From Myxococcota bacterium (GTDB taxonomy: Bacteria > Myxococcota_A > Polyangia > Nannocystales > Nannocystaceae): a DNA stretch of 64,000 bases. The notes beneath the pieces were generated by a model, which was not told the origin of the DNA, searched no databases, and was given only the letters and a program-made list of their open reading frames with translations. Positions 10,762 through 20,397 of the stretch are shown piece after piece (the stretch's first letter is position 1; the number at the start of each line of letters is the position of its first letter). Made by a program: the position numbers and the translations under genes. The stretch lies in contig JBCCHT010000044.1 of NCBI GenBank assembly GCA_039028615.1, positions 37,815-101,814 of the forward strand, given 5' to 3'.

Positions 10762-11466
10762 TCAAGCGGCGGGGGCCGGACGGGGGCCGAATAGTGCAGT
10801 GCCGACCCGCACGATGGTGGCGCCCTCCTCGATGGCCACCTCGAAGTCCGCGCTCATGCCCATCGACAGCTCGTGCAGCTCGACGCCGGGCCGCGTGTGG
10901 GCGGCGTGCTGGTCGCGAAGCTGCCGCAGATCGCGGAAGTGAGGCCGCGTCTGTTCGGGTGTGCCCTGAGGCGGGATCGACATCAGGCCCCGGCAGTGCA
11001 CGTGATCCAGGTCGGCGAAGCGATCGAGCAGCGCACCGAGCTGCGCGGGTGCAGTTCCGGCCTTGCCCGCCTCGTCGGCGGTGTTCACCTGAACGAGCAC
11101 CGCCTGGCGAATCCCCGCCGCGGCGGCGCGCTGCTCGAAGACCGGCAGCAGCTCGGGTCGGTCGATGGTGTGCACCAGAGCACAGCCGACCACCTGTTTG
11201 ACCTTGTTGCGCTGCAGCGCGCCGATGAAGTGCCAACGCCACTGCGCATCGGGGGTCGCGCTACGTTTGTCCCGCAGCTCCTGGGCATAATTCTCGCCGA
11301 AGTCCAGCTGCCCCGCGGCGGCCGCTTCCTCGATGAGCTCCAGGGGTTGCCGCTTGCTCACCCCCAGCAGGGCCACGGCGGGCCCGTCCCCCCGGCGAGC
11401 GACGGCGGTGGCGATGCGCTCCTGGATGGCGGCCAGGCGCGTGGCGATGGAGGCGGAGTCGTTCAT
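10762..11466 (-). CDS. yggS: YggS/PLPBP pyridoxal-phosphate homeostasis protein
   Basis: [54 protein letters not shown]. Confidence 0.95.
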   Translation of the reverse strand: MNDSASIATRLAAIQERIATAVARRGDGPAVALLGVSKRQPLELIEEAAAAGQLDFGENYAQELRDKRSATPDAQWRWHFIGALQRNKVKQVVGCALVHTIDRPELLPVFEQRAAAAGIRQAVLVQVNTADEAGKAGTAPAQLGALLDRFADLDHVHCRGLMSIPPQGTPEQTRPHFRDLRQLRDQHAAHTRPGVELHELSMGMSADFEVAIEEGATIVRVGTALFGPRPAPAA

Positions 11467-12032
11467 AGAGCGTCGAGTACTTGGGCGAGGGGGAGGCCGA
11501 CGACGTTGGTGTACGAGCCCTCGATCCGGCGCACGAAGCCCGCCGCGTGGCCCTGGATGCCGTAGCCGCCCGCTTTGTCGCGCCACTCGTCGGTGTCGAG
11601 GTAGGCCTCGAGGGTGGCGTCGTCGACCGGCCGCATCCACACCCGGGTCGTCTCGTGGGCCACGGTGGGCGGGTCGTCGCCGCGGGCCAGCGCCCAGGCG
11701 GTGGTGACGAAGTGCGCATGTCCGACCAGTGTGCGCAGCACGGTGCGCGCATGGTCCCGATCGCGCGGTTTACCCAGGGGCTGCGCGGTGGCTTCGGCCC
11801 ACACCACCGTGTCCGCGGTGAGCAGCGGGCAGGGCGGTCGCGGCGAGGGCAGGGCGGCATCGAGCTTGGCCCGGGCGATGCGACGCGCGTAGCTCACCGC
11901 GGGCTCGTTGTGCCGGGGCGTCTCGTCGCAGGGCACGGGGCGGACTTCGATCGTCAGGCCCGCCGAGCGCAGCAGGTCGGCGCGGCGCGGCGAGGCCGAG
12001 GCGAGCACGAGGTCGAAAACCGCGTCGGGCAT
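11463..12032 (-). CDS. maf: Maf family nucleoside triphosphate pyrophosphatase
   Basis: [41 protein letters not shown]. Confidence 0.95.
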   Translation of the reverse strand: MPDAVFDLVLASASPRRADLLRSAGLTIEVRPVPCDETPRHNEPAVSYARRIARAKLDAALPSPRPPCPLLTADTVVWAEATAQPLGKPRDRDHARTVLRTLVGHAHFVTTAWALARGDDPPTVAHETTRVWMRPVDDATLEAYLDTDEWRDKAGGYGIQGHAAGFVRRIEGSYTNVVGLPLAQVLDAL

Positions 12033-12120
12033 CGGTTCGGTTGTGCCGCGTTCTCGGCCTGCGCCGCAAGTCCCCGGGGCGCGGCCGCCGAGGTTTCGGG
12101 CGCCGCTCGCCCGGCGTACG

Positions 12121-13047
12121 ATGGAGTCCATGCGCCGCTCCCTTCGATCCGTGGCCCGCGTCCTGCGTCAGCGAGGGTGTGTCCTGGCTCCCTATGCGGT
12201 GGCGGTGGTGCTCGTGCCGCAGGTGATCTCCGGGTCCCGTAGCGAGCCGAGCCCCATCGCCCAGCGCGTGGTCACGCCCGCCGTGGTGTCGGCCCCGGCC
12301 GGAGTGAGCGACGAGGTGCGAGCGCTCAGCGGGATCTGGTGGCGCTACGAGGCGGGGGCGGAGGGCGAGCGCGTGCGCTTCTACTACTTCCACGGCGACG
12401 GCACGGGCCTGTATCGCTACGGCCGGGTGGGGCTCAACAACACGCACAGCTTCGACTACGACGTGCGCGGGTCCACGCTGGTCATCGACTTTCGCAAGAC
12501 GGGCGAGCACCACGAGGTGCCGTTTTCCGTCGAGCTCGGGGGCACCGACGACGAGGCGCGAGACTGGCTCGAGCTGTCCGACGACCCGCGGGAGTCCGGG
12601 GCGACCCGATACTTCCGTGAGTCGGACGAAATGGTGCGCAGCGCCAGCGGATCCGCCGACCTCGGTCCCGCCCCGGCCGGCCACATGTGGATCGACCTGC
12701 AGCACTTCGCCACGGGAGGGCAGGGCTTCGCCTTCTACCAGTTCCGTCCCGCGGGGATCGACGGTCGGGGCGTGGGTTGGTTCCATCGCGGGGACTTCAA
12801 CGACTGGAGCACCGAGGCGCTGACCTACCGGATCGTGGGGCAGCGCATGGAGCTGCACTTCACCCTCGCCGATCGCCACGAGCAGACCGCGTTCTCGCTC
12901 GCGACCGACGACGACGGTGCGCGTTGGCTCGAGCTGACCGACGACCCCCGCGACTACTGGCACCCGCATCGCTATCTCGACATCGGGCCGTCGTTCGGGA
13001 TGGTGGGATCCCTCGGTCCGGTCGGTGCCGCGCCGGCTCGGCCGTAG
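12121..13047 (+). CDS. Hypothetical exported protein with two tandem related domains
   Basis: N-terminal hydrophobic stretch; internal repeat WLELSDDPR / WLELTDDPR; start uncertain (12121 or 12130). Confidence 0.7.
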   Translation: MESMRRSLRSVARVLRQRGCVLAPYAVAVVLVPQVISGSRSEPSPIAQRVVTPAVVSAPAGVSDEVRALSGIWWRYEAGAEGERVRFYYFHGDGTGLYRYGRVGLNNTHSFDYDVRGSTLVIDFRKTGEHHEVPFSVELGGTDDEARDWLELSDDPRESGATRYFRESDEMVRSASGSADLGPAPAGHMWIDLQHFATGGQGFAFYQFRPAGIDGRGVGWFHRGDFNDWSTEALTYRIVGQRMELHFTLADRHEQTAFSLATDDDGARWLELTDDPRDYWHPHRYLDIGPSFGMVGSLGPVGAAPARP

Positions 13048-13071
13048 CGGGGGCCTGCTACCATCGCGGCA

Positions 13072-14058
13072 ATGCCTGCCGCGCCACGGACTACGGGACT
13101 CTGCCTGCTCACCGTCGTACTCGGCGGCTGTGCGGGCGGCAGCGGGCCGTCCACGACGGTGCTCGCGACGCTCGGAGACGGAGACGGCACGGGGACGACC
13201 GGGGCGGAGGACGACTCGACCTCCAACGGGACCTCGGGGCAGACCTCGAGCGTCGATCCGAGCGCCGACACCACCGCAGGCGAGGTGGACGACGACGGCA
13301 CAGACAGCTCGGGCGGGGACACCGATCCACCGCCCGCCAGCTGCGACGACGACCCCGCGGCGTGCAGCGTGTGGATCTTGCCCTCGGGGGCGGGAGGATG
13401 GATGCCGCTGGCCCTCGATGGAGCGTTGGCGCCCACCGAGACCGTGCGTGCCGCCTTCGACGTCGAGAGCGAGCTCGAGGGCTTCGTAGTCACCGACACG
13501 CGGGTGCACGTGGTCGACCTCGCCGCCCGAGCCTGGGTTCGCCAGGACAATCGGGCCGACGTGCTCCCCGAGCTCGGCGAGGAAGAGGTCCTCGTCGCTT
13601 ATTCCATACCGTCCACGTGGGGCTCGGGCGACGGCACGGCGGAAGGCGTCACTTTCCTCACCGCGGACACCATCTATCTGTACAACTACCAGATCGCGAC
13701 GCAGACCTTCGTGTTCGAGTCGGCGCTGACCGACTTCAGTGACCCGTGGGATGCTCCCGCCGCGCCGATGCCCGCGCAGATGCGTGCGTCGTGGCTCGAC
13801 GTCACCAACGCCGATGGTTGGTACGACGCCGACATCATGCGGCTGTGCGGGACGGCGGGGAATCCGGGGCCCTACGTCGCGGTCGTGGCGACCGATCAGG
13901 TCCACGTCAACGATGCCGGCTATTGCTTCGAGTTCGACGAGCCGGTCTCGCTGGGCGCCTTCCCGCCGTTTTCGCTCGCCGAGGCGCCTGGCCCCGAGGA
14001 CGTCGGTGCGTTGCTCTACAACGAGACGCTCGGGCTGTGGGCCTTTCGCGGGCAGTAG
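13072..14058 (+). CDS. Hypothetical lipoprotein with T/S/D/G-rich linker
   Basis: Lipobox VLGGC followed by low-complexity linker and a globular domain. Confidence 0.75.
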   Translation: MPAAPRTTGLCLLTVVLGGCAGGSGPSTTVLATLGDGDGTGTTGAEDDSTSNGTSGQTSSVDPSADTTAGEVDDDGTDSSGGDTDPPPASCDDDPAACSVWILPSGAGGWMPLALDGALAPTETVRAAFDVESELEGFVVTDTRVHVVDLAARAWVRQDNRADVLPELGEEEVLVAYSIPSTWGSGDGTAEGVTFLTADTIYLYNYQIATQTFVFESALTDFSDPWDAPAAPMPAQMRASWLDVTNADGWYDADIMRLCGTAGNPGPYVAVVATDQVHVNDAGYCFEFDEPVSLGAFPPFSLAEAPGPEDVGALLYNETLGLWAFRGQ

Positions 14059-14073
14059 CTCGGTAGGCGAGCG

Positions 14074-15213
14074 CTAGGGCTTCGCTGCTTTGGCGCGGGC
14101 GAGGAGCGCGAGCACATCGTCGTGGCCACCGCGCTCGGCTTCGCTGGTGGCCGTGCGGCCGTGGGGCGCCGTCGCGTCCACGGGCACGCCCTGCTCGAGC
14201 AGGCGCTGCACCTCATCGGCGCGGCCGCGGTAGGCCGCCCATAGCAAGGCCGCCGTCTGCGGGTGACGCTCGGCGGGCGGGGTGACGCGGTCGAGCAACG
14301 CCCGCGCTCGATCGACGACGTCGGCGGGTACCCCCGGCACCAGACGCTCGAACACGCGGCGACTGCCCCACGCCGCGGCGATCTCCAGCGGGGTCTCCCC
14401 GGCCTTGGTGCGCGCAGTGGGGTCGAGCCCACCCGCGAGCAGCAGCGCCGCGACCTCGTCCGCGTCCGCCTTGGCCGCTTCGTGCAGGGGGTTCCAGCCG
14501 TGGTCATCCTGGCGATCGATGCGAGCCCCGTGCTCCAGCAGGGACGCGGCGATGTCGGCTCGACCCGTCGCGGCGGCCACGGCCAGCGGGACCCAAATCT
14601 CATCGTCGGTGCCCCCGTCCGCCACCGCACCTGCCGCGAGCAGGGCTTGGACCATGCGCAGGTCACCCATCCGAACCGCATGACACACGTGGTACTCGGT
14701 CCCGCTCAGCGTGAATCCACCCGCGAGCAGGCGGCCGAGCTCGGCGTGGTTGCGCTCGCAGATCGCCCACACGACCCGCTCTCGAAGGTCCATCTGGGCG
14801 CGCTGTTCTTGGTCTTCGAGTTGCTGCTCGCGGATGCGCTCGACGATCCCGACATCGCCGCCGTGGATGTCGAAGCCGATGAGCCCGTGGTCGAAGCGGT
14901 GCTCGTTCCATTCGGCTCGGGCCGCGCTCCTGCACACGAGTACGCCGCCTTCGGCCGTGGCCTCGTTCAGTCGGCGTTGGCATTCGCGGCGAGCCGCATC
15001 GGTGCTGTCGAAGGTCTCGCGGGGCCCCGGCATCGGCGGCAGGTCCCAAGACATGCCATCGATGGCGGGAAGCTCGGTGACCGAACCTCGACGCTCACCG
15101 ACCTCGGCCTCCCGCATCACGATGTGTCGATACTCGAGCGCGTCGTCGCGGACCAACAACAGCAACCATTCGCCCGCGACCGTCTCGTCGTCGATCGAGT
15201 GAGGTTCGAGCAT
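14074..15213 (-). CDS. Ankyrin repeat protein
   Basis: GWNPLHEAA, GETPLEIAAAWG, PLAVAAATGRADIAASLLEHGA. Confidence 0.85.
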   Translation of the reverse strand: MLEPHSIDDETVAGEWLLLLVRDDALEYRHIVMREAEVGERRGSVTELPAIDGMSWDLPPMPGPRETFDSTDAARRECQRRLNEATAEGGVLVCRSAARAEWNEHRFDHGLIGFDIHGGDVGIVERIREQQLEDQEQRAQMDLRERVVWAICERNHAELGRLLAGGFTLSGTEYHVCHAVRMGDLRMVQALLAAGAVADGGTDDEIWVPLAVAAATGRADIAASLLEHGARIDRQDDHGWNPLHEAAKADADEVAALLLAGGLDPTARTKAGETPLEIAAAWGSRRVFERLVPGVPADVVDRARALLDRVTPPAERHPQTAALLWAAYRGRADEVQRLLEQGVPVDATAPHGRTATSEAERGGHDDVLALLARAKAAKP

Positions 15214-15251
15214 GCTAGGTTCTTCGTGGCCGAAGCGGGCGGGACGACGCG

Positions 15252-15710
15252 ATGGGAACCGACATGCTCTTGTTGGCCGAGCGCAAGACGGCGCGGGGGT
15301 GGGAAGCGGTGCTCACCTACGACGAGTACGGCCAAGCGCTGTCGTTCTTCCAGGTCGGGCGGTACCACCAATTCTACTACGCGCTCACCGGGGTGGCGGT
15401 GGGGGGTATCGTGCGCGGCCGGGTGGACCCGAGCGAGGAGCCGCCGCCCGTCGTGCGGGGGCCACGGGGCCTGCCGCCGGGTCTCAGCAGCGGGGTGCGG
15501 GCCGAGATCTACGAGGTGTATTCGATATGGGCCATCCACTGGCTCGGGGCAGACGAGATCCTGCTGCACGACTGGCACCCGTTCCTGCAACGCGAGGCGC
15601 GGTACTCGAAGCCGGGCGAGCCCGAGGAGACCTTCACCATGGAGTTCCTCGACGCCGTGGCGAAGCTCGAGCCCGTCGCTGAACACCGCCTCGTGATGTG
15701 GATGTACTGA
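15252..15710 (+). CDS. Hypothetical protein resembling a phage-associated family (MGxDI...PRGLP...W...RxVxW)
   Basis: MGTDMLLLAERK...RYHQFYYALTGV...GPRGLPPG...HWL..DEIL.HDW...RLVMWMY. Confidence 0.65.
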   Translation: MGTDMLLLAERKTARGWEAVLTYDEYGQALSFFQVGRYHQFYYALTGVAVGGIVRGRVDPSEEPPPVVRGPRGLPPGLSSGVRAEIYEVYSIWAIHWLGADEILLHDWHPFLQREARYSKPGEPEETFTMEFLDAVAKLEPVAEHRLVMWMY

Positions 15711-15759
15711 CGCGACCCGGAGGGGCGGCCCTCGACGCGGCCACGGTGGCGATGATGCA

Positions 15760-18294
15760 ATGACGTCCGTGTCCGAGCCCCATGCACCCGGCGGCAGCTC
15801 CGAGCAGGCGGAGACGGTGCCGCACGAGGAGGAGGAGCCGCTGCACGTCGAAGCGGGCACCACCATCGGGCGCTACGTGGTCTCGGGCGTGTTGGGGCAC
15901 GGGGCGATGGGCGTGGTGCTGGCGGCGGTGGATCCCAAGCTCGGCCGCAAGGTGGCGCTCAAGCTGCTGTTCGCCGAGGCCGACGCGGAAGGGCAGACTC
16001 GGCTGCAGCGCGAAGGCCAGGCGCTGGCGCGCCTGAGTCACCCGCACGTGGTCAAGGTGCACGACGTCGGCACGCACGAGGGGCGGGTGTTCGTCGCGAT
16101 GGAGCTGGTGGAGGGGCAAAACCTCGCCCAGTGGCTCGCGGCCGAGCGCCGACCCTGGCGCGAGGTCGTGCGGGTGTTCGTGCAGGCGGGGCAGGGGCTC
16201 GCGGCCGCGCACTCCGCCGGGCTGGTGCACCGCGATTTCAAGCCGGCGAACCTGTTGATGGGGTCCGACGGCACGGTGAAGGTGACCGACTTCGGGCTCG
16301 CGCGGGCCCGGGCCGAGCCGGCACCGAGCGTCGAGGCGCCGGACGACACCACGGGCAGCCAGCCGCTCGCGGCCGCGCTCGATGCCACGCTGACGCGCAC
16401 GGGCGCGCTGGTGGGTACCCCCGTGTACATGGCGCCCGAGCAGCTCGATGGGCGGGCCGCCGATCCGCGCAGCGACCAGTTCAGCTTTTGTGTCGCCCTT
16501 TACGAAGCACTGGCCGGTCATCGTCCGTTCGAGGGCGCCACACCGGCTCAGCTCTCGATCGCGATCGAGGAGCAGCGCTTTGCCAAGCCGCTGGGGTTGA
16601 GCCTGCCCGTGCCGCTGCGGGCGGCGGTGCGCCGTGGGCTCGCCGTCGACCCGGCCGCGCGCCATCCCGATCTCGGGGCCCTGCTGTCCGTGTTGCGACG
16701 GGCGTCGAGAGGGCGGCGGCTCAAGGCGATCTGGGCGGGCGCCGCGGGGATGGCCGTGGCGGGCGTGTGGTGGGCGACACGCCCCGCTCCGCCCGAGGTC
16801 GCGGACTATTGCGCGCGCGTCGGGGAGCGGCTCGCGGACGTCTGGGACGATGGGCGGCGTGACGCGGCCCAGCGCGGATTCGAGACGACCGAGCTGCCCT
16901 ACGCCAACGAGACCTTCACGATGGTGCGCACCCGCCTGGATACGCAAGCCAGCACGTGGGTCGGGGCGCAGCGCGAGGTCTGCGAGGCCCAGGCGCGCCT
17001 GGATCGAGCCGACGGTGCACCGTCGAGCGAGGAGCAGGAGGCGATCGACCGCCGCATGATCTGTCTGCATCGGCGCTTGACCGAGCTCGAGCAGCTCGGA
17101 TCGCTGCTGGCCGAGGCCGACGCAGAACTCGTCCAGCGAGCGCCCCGGGCCGTGGCCGCGCTGGGCTCGATCGAGCGCTGCAGCACGACCTCGCAGGGGC
17201 CGACGGGCGGGGGCCGAGCCGCGGGCATGGTGCGGGCCGAAGCGTTGGCGCGTGTGGAGGTGCTGACCCAGGCCGGGCGCTACGACGAGGCCATCGAGTA
17301 TGCCGAAGGCGCAGTGGCGGCGGTGGCCGAGGGCTCGCGGTGGTCCCAGGCCCAGGTCTACCTCGCGCGCGCCCGTGCCCACGAGCGAGCCGGGCATGCC
17401 GAGGACGCCGAGCGCGACTATCACCAGACCTTCTCCGCCGCGGTGGCGGCCGGTCACGACGAGTTGGTGTTGGTCGCGGCGTTGGGCCTGGCCATCGGTA
17501 ACAGTCGGGCCCAGACCACGGAGTCCGATGCCGCCGATCCGTGGGTCGAGCACGCCGAAGCGGCGCTGGCCCGCATGCCGAAGCGCCCCGACCTGCGGGC
17601 GTCGTTCGAAAACACCCGCGGTCAGGTGGAGTTCAACCGCGGCCGCTACGAGACGGCGCAGGAGCACTTCGCTCGCGCCCTGCAGTACCGCCGCGAAGAC
17701 CTCGACGACGACGACTATCGACTCGCGCCCTACCATCGTCACCTGGGGCACGTGCTGTCGGAGTTGCAGCGCTACGAGGAGGCCATCGACGCGCAAAAGG
17801 AGGCGCTGCGCATCGAACGACTGCACTTCGGCGATCGGCACCCCCAAGTCGCGCTGGCGATGACCGCGTTGGGCACCGACTACTCCGTGCTCGGCCAGTC
17901 CGAGCGCGCGTTGGAGCTCGAGCGAGAGGCGCTGGAGATCCTCGACGAGTCTCTCGGGCGGTCACACCCCGCCGTCGTCAATGCGGCCATCAACCTCGGG
18001 TCGGCGCAGGCGCGGGCGGGGCAGGACGACGCGGCGGAGCGCACCTATCTCGATGCGCTGGAGCGAGCGCGAAGCGTGCCGGGGTCGCCGAGTCGCGACG
18101 TGGGACTCATCCTGGCCAACCTGGGCGTGCACGCCGAGCAGCGCGGCAAGCTGGGACCCGCCGCCGATTACCTCGCCCAGGCGCTCGAGGCCATGGAGGC
18201 CTCCATGGGCCCCGACCATCCCATGACGCAGCGCGTCAAAGACAACCTCGCGCAGGTCCGCGCCAAGCAGGCCGAGGCCGACAGCGCCGACTAG
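15760..18294 (+). CDS. Ser/Thr protein kinase with TM helix and C-terminal TPR repeats
   Basis: LGHGAMGVV, VALK, HRDFKPAN, DFGLAR, GTPVYMAPE; TPR units with G..HP motifs. Confidence 0.95.
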   Translation: MTSVSEPHAPGGSSEQAETVPHEEEEPLHVEAGTTIGRYVVSGVLGHGAMGVVLAAVDPKLGRKVALKLLFAEADAEGQTRLQREGQALARLSHPHVVKVHDVGTHEGRVFVAMELVEGQNLAQWLAAERRPWREVVRVFVQAGQGLAAAHSAGLVHRDFKPANLLMGSDGTVKVTDFGLARARAEPAPSVEAPDDTTGSQPLAAALDATLTRTGALVGTPVYMAPEQLDGRAADPRSDQFSFCVALYEALAGHRPFEGATPAQLSIAIEEQRFAKPLGLSLPVPLRAAVRRGLAVDPAARHPDLGALLSVLRRASRGRRLKAIWAGAAGMAVAGVWWATRPAPPEVADYCARVGERLADVWDDGRRDAAQRGFETTELPYANETFTMVRTRLDTQASTWVGAQREVCEAQARLDRADGAPSSEEQEAIDRRMICLHRRLTELEQLGSLLAEADAELVQRAPRAVAALGSIERCSTTSQGPTGGGRAAGMVRAEALARVEVLTQAGRYDEAIEYAEGAVAAVAEGSRWSQAQVYLARARAHERAGHAEDAERDYHQTFSAAVAAGHDELVLVAALGLAIGNSRAQTTESDAADPWVEHAEAALARMPKRPDLRASFENTRGQVEFNRGRYETAQEHFARALQYRREDLDDDDYRLAPYHRHLGHVLSELQRYEEAIDAQKEALRIERLHFGDRHPQVALAMTALGTDYSVLGQSERALELEREALEILDESLGRSHPAVVNAAINLGSAQARAGQDDAAERTYLDALERARSVPGSPSRDVGLILANLGVHAEQRGKLGPAADYLAQALEAMEASMGPDHPMTQRVKDNLAQVRAKQAEADSAD

Positions 18295-19217
18295 AACGTC
18301 AGCCCCACGCCGCCCACCACGTTCCAGCGCAGCGAGTAGGTCTCGAAGTCGGTGACGATCTGGAAGTCGATGGGGCGGAACGACAGCATCATGCGGTTCG
18401 CGAGCAGGATCTTGGCGGCCATGGCCATCTGCACGTCCATGCGGTGAGTTCGTTCCGGCGTCGGCTGCGAGGTCGTGCCGTAGTAGTCGTACTCGGTCTG
18501 GAAGACGGTGTGCAGGTTGTAGCCGAGCTGAAACGAGGGGCTGAGGTACAGCGCCGTATCCCCCGCGATGGGGATGTCGCCCCCGATGCGCGGGGCGAAG
18601 CCGAACTCCCGCGTCGGCGCCTTGGGCCCCTCGATGCCCATGAACGCCTCCTGCAGGACGGCCGAGATGAAGAACCCCGACCGCTCGCGGCCCATCGGGT
18701 ACATGCCGATGGACTGCTCCAGGCGCAGCGGCGGTGAGACGAGCGGCAGGTAGCTGTCGAAGGGCAGCTCGTCGTCGCCCCCGATGACGAAGCTGCGGCC
18801 CACCGAGAAGGTCACGAAGCGGTTGCGGGTGCCCAGCGGCAGCAGCGACGGCCGGGGCTCGTCCTCGTCTTCGGGGAGGAACTTCTCGCGCTTGGGCGGC
18901 AGGTCGTAGTCGGGCTCGTAGGTCCGAGCGGGCGACGAGGCCTCGGTGGTGGGAGCGGGCGTCTCGGGCGTGGCGGGAGCCTCCGCCGCAGCGTCGGCGC
19001 TCGGAGGCGTCGGCGTGGCGGGAGCCTCCGGCACCGTGTCCCCCGTGCTCGGCGACTGAGCCTCCGGCGACTGGGGCTCGGGTTTGTCGGAGCCCTCGAC
19101 CGTGGCGCTGGCTTCCGGCACGGGCTGCGCGTCCTCGGCCGACGGCGGCAGCACGGGCGGCCCGACGAGCAACAAGGGCAGGGGAGGCAGAGGAGGAGGC
19201 GGGGGTGGGGGGCTCAT
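18291..19217 (-). CDS. Hypothetical Pro-rich protein with putative outer-membrane beta-barrel C-terminus
   Basis: P/E/A-rich N-terminus; alternating beta strands ending VVGGVGLTF. Confidence 0.6.
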   Translation of the reverse strand: MSPPPPPPPLPPLPLLLVGPPVLPPSAEDAQPVPEASATVEGSDKPEPQSPEAQSPSTGDTVPEAPATPTPPSADAAAEAPATPETPAPTTEASSPARTYEPDYDLPPKREKFLPEDEDEPRPSLLPLGTRNRFVTFSVGRSFVIGGDDELPFDSYLPLVSPPLRLEQSIGMYPMGRERSGFFISAVLQEAFMGIEGPKAPTREFGFAPRIGGDIPIAGDTALYLSPSFQLGYNLHTVFQTEYDYYGTTSQPTPERTHRMDVQMAMAAKILLANRMMLSFRPIDFQIVTDFETYSLRWNVVGGVGLTF

Positions 19218-20017
19218 GGGGCTGACTCCGTGCTCGAGGTGGTGGACCCGGCGCGGGCCCGCAGTTGGTCGAGTTCATCTTCGTAGGCGCTGATCCGGGG
19301 CATGATCGCGGCGTAGGCTGAAGCGAGGTGCTCGCGATCGGCCGCGCCGGGGGGTCGTGCGCTGCGCAGGGCTTGGTAGAGGATGTCGAAGGCGTCCTGG
19401 TGTTCGTGCGCAGACTCGTCGTCCGGCTCGGACGGGGCGCGGTCTCCCACCGCATCCACGGCGGCATCGAGGTCTCCACCCCCCAACCACTCCAGGATGG
19501 GCGCCAAGGTCTCCCGAGGTCGGGCGATCACGTCCTCGTACGCACAAAGCCGCACTGGGTAGCCGCGCAGCGCCATGTCTCCGAGCAGCGAGAAATTCTG
19601 CGCGAACCACAACAGCGCCGGGTCCAACCGAGGCGGCGCCCGGCGCCCCGGCACTTCGTCTTCGAGCGCCCACAACCGGCGCATGGATGCCGAGTGCCCT
19701 CGCCAGTGTCGAGCGGTCGCGACCACTCGACCCAGGTACGCTAGATCGCTACGCACCAGCCCCCGGATGAAGACCTTCACCGCATGGGTGGTGACCTGGT
19801 CCGGTCGGATGTACGTGCCGGTCTCGGGATTGGGGTTGGTCTGGAAGTTGATGCCCTCGCGCAGGGTCGACTCCCAAAAGCCACCGCGATTGGCTTCGTG
19901 TAGCGAAGTGCCCCAGTCGCGCGGGAACTGCTCGCCAATGGGCGGGTAGCCGGCGGCAATGAGGATTTGCATCCACATCGAAGTGCCCGACCGCGCCGTG
20001 CCCGTCACGATGATCAT
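19214..20017 (-). CDS. Sulfotransferase-family (P-loop) protein
   Basis: IIVTGTARSGTSMWMQIL (5'-PSB-like), YEDVIARPRETL..ILEWLG. Confidence 0.75.
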   Translation of the reverse strand: MIIVTGTARSGTSMWMQILIAAGYPPIGEQFPRDWGTSLHEANRGGFWESTLREGINFQTNPNPETGTYIRPDQVTTHAVKVFIRGLVRSDLAYLGRVVATARHWRGHSASMRRLWALEDEVPGRRAPPRLDPALLWFAQNFSLLGDMALRGYPVRLCAYEDVIARPRETLAPILEWLGGGDLDAAVDAVGDRAPSEPDDESAHEHQDAFDILYQALRSARPPGAADREHLASAYAAIMPRISAYEDELDQLRARAGSTTSSTESAP

Positions 20018-20112
20018 GACCGGCTCAACGATACACCCCCCAAACGCAACGACGGCCGCGCTCCTTGGCGGAGGCGGCCGTCTTTGTGTGCGGAGCGTGG
20101 GTCCTGCCGGGA

Positions 20113-20283
20113 TCAGCCCTCGGAGTCGGAGCTCTCGGCGGCGTCGTCTACGGGGACGATCTCGGGAACCAGCTGTCCGTCGGCGGTCATCTTGAGCCGA
20201 AACCGAGCGCTTGCCGAAGGGGGGGAATCTTGTTCATCGGAGTCGCGGCGTTGCTCGGCAAGGGACGCAGGCTTTGTCGTCAT
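20113..20283 (-). CDS. Possible small acidic protein (56 aa)
   Basis: ORF MTTKPASLAEQ...FRLKMTADGQLVPEIVPVDD fills an intergenic gap, co-oriented with neighbours; no clear RBS. Confidence 0.3.
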   Translation of the reverse strand: MTTKPASLAEQRRDSDEQDSPPSASARFRLKMTADGQLVPEIVPVDDAAESSDSEG

Positions 20284-20343
20284 AGGGGATCGAAGTAGCA
20301 CGAATCGGCCGTGCACGCCCGTTTTTGACCCAATGTGATCGGT

Positions 20344-20376
20344 GAGCCCACCCCCCATTTGCAGGGGGATGGGCTC
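20344..20376 (-). terminator. Hairpin downstream of the 20398 gene (possible terminator)
   Basis: gagccca-ccccc / ggggg-a-tgggctc stem; no U-tract. Confidence 0.35.
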
Positions 20377-20397
20377 GGCTCGGACCTTGCTTCTCGG

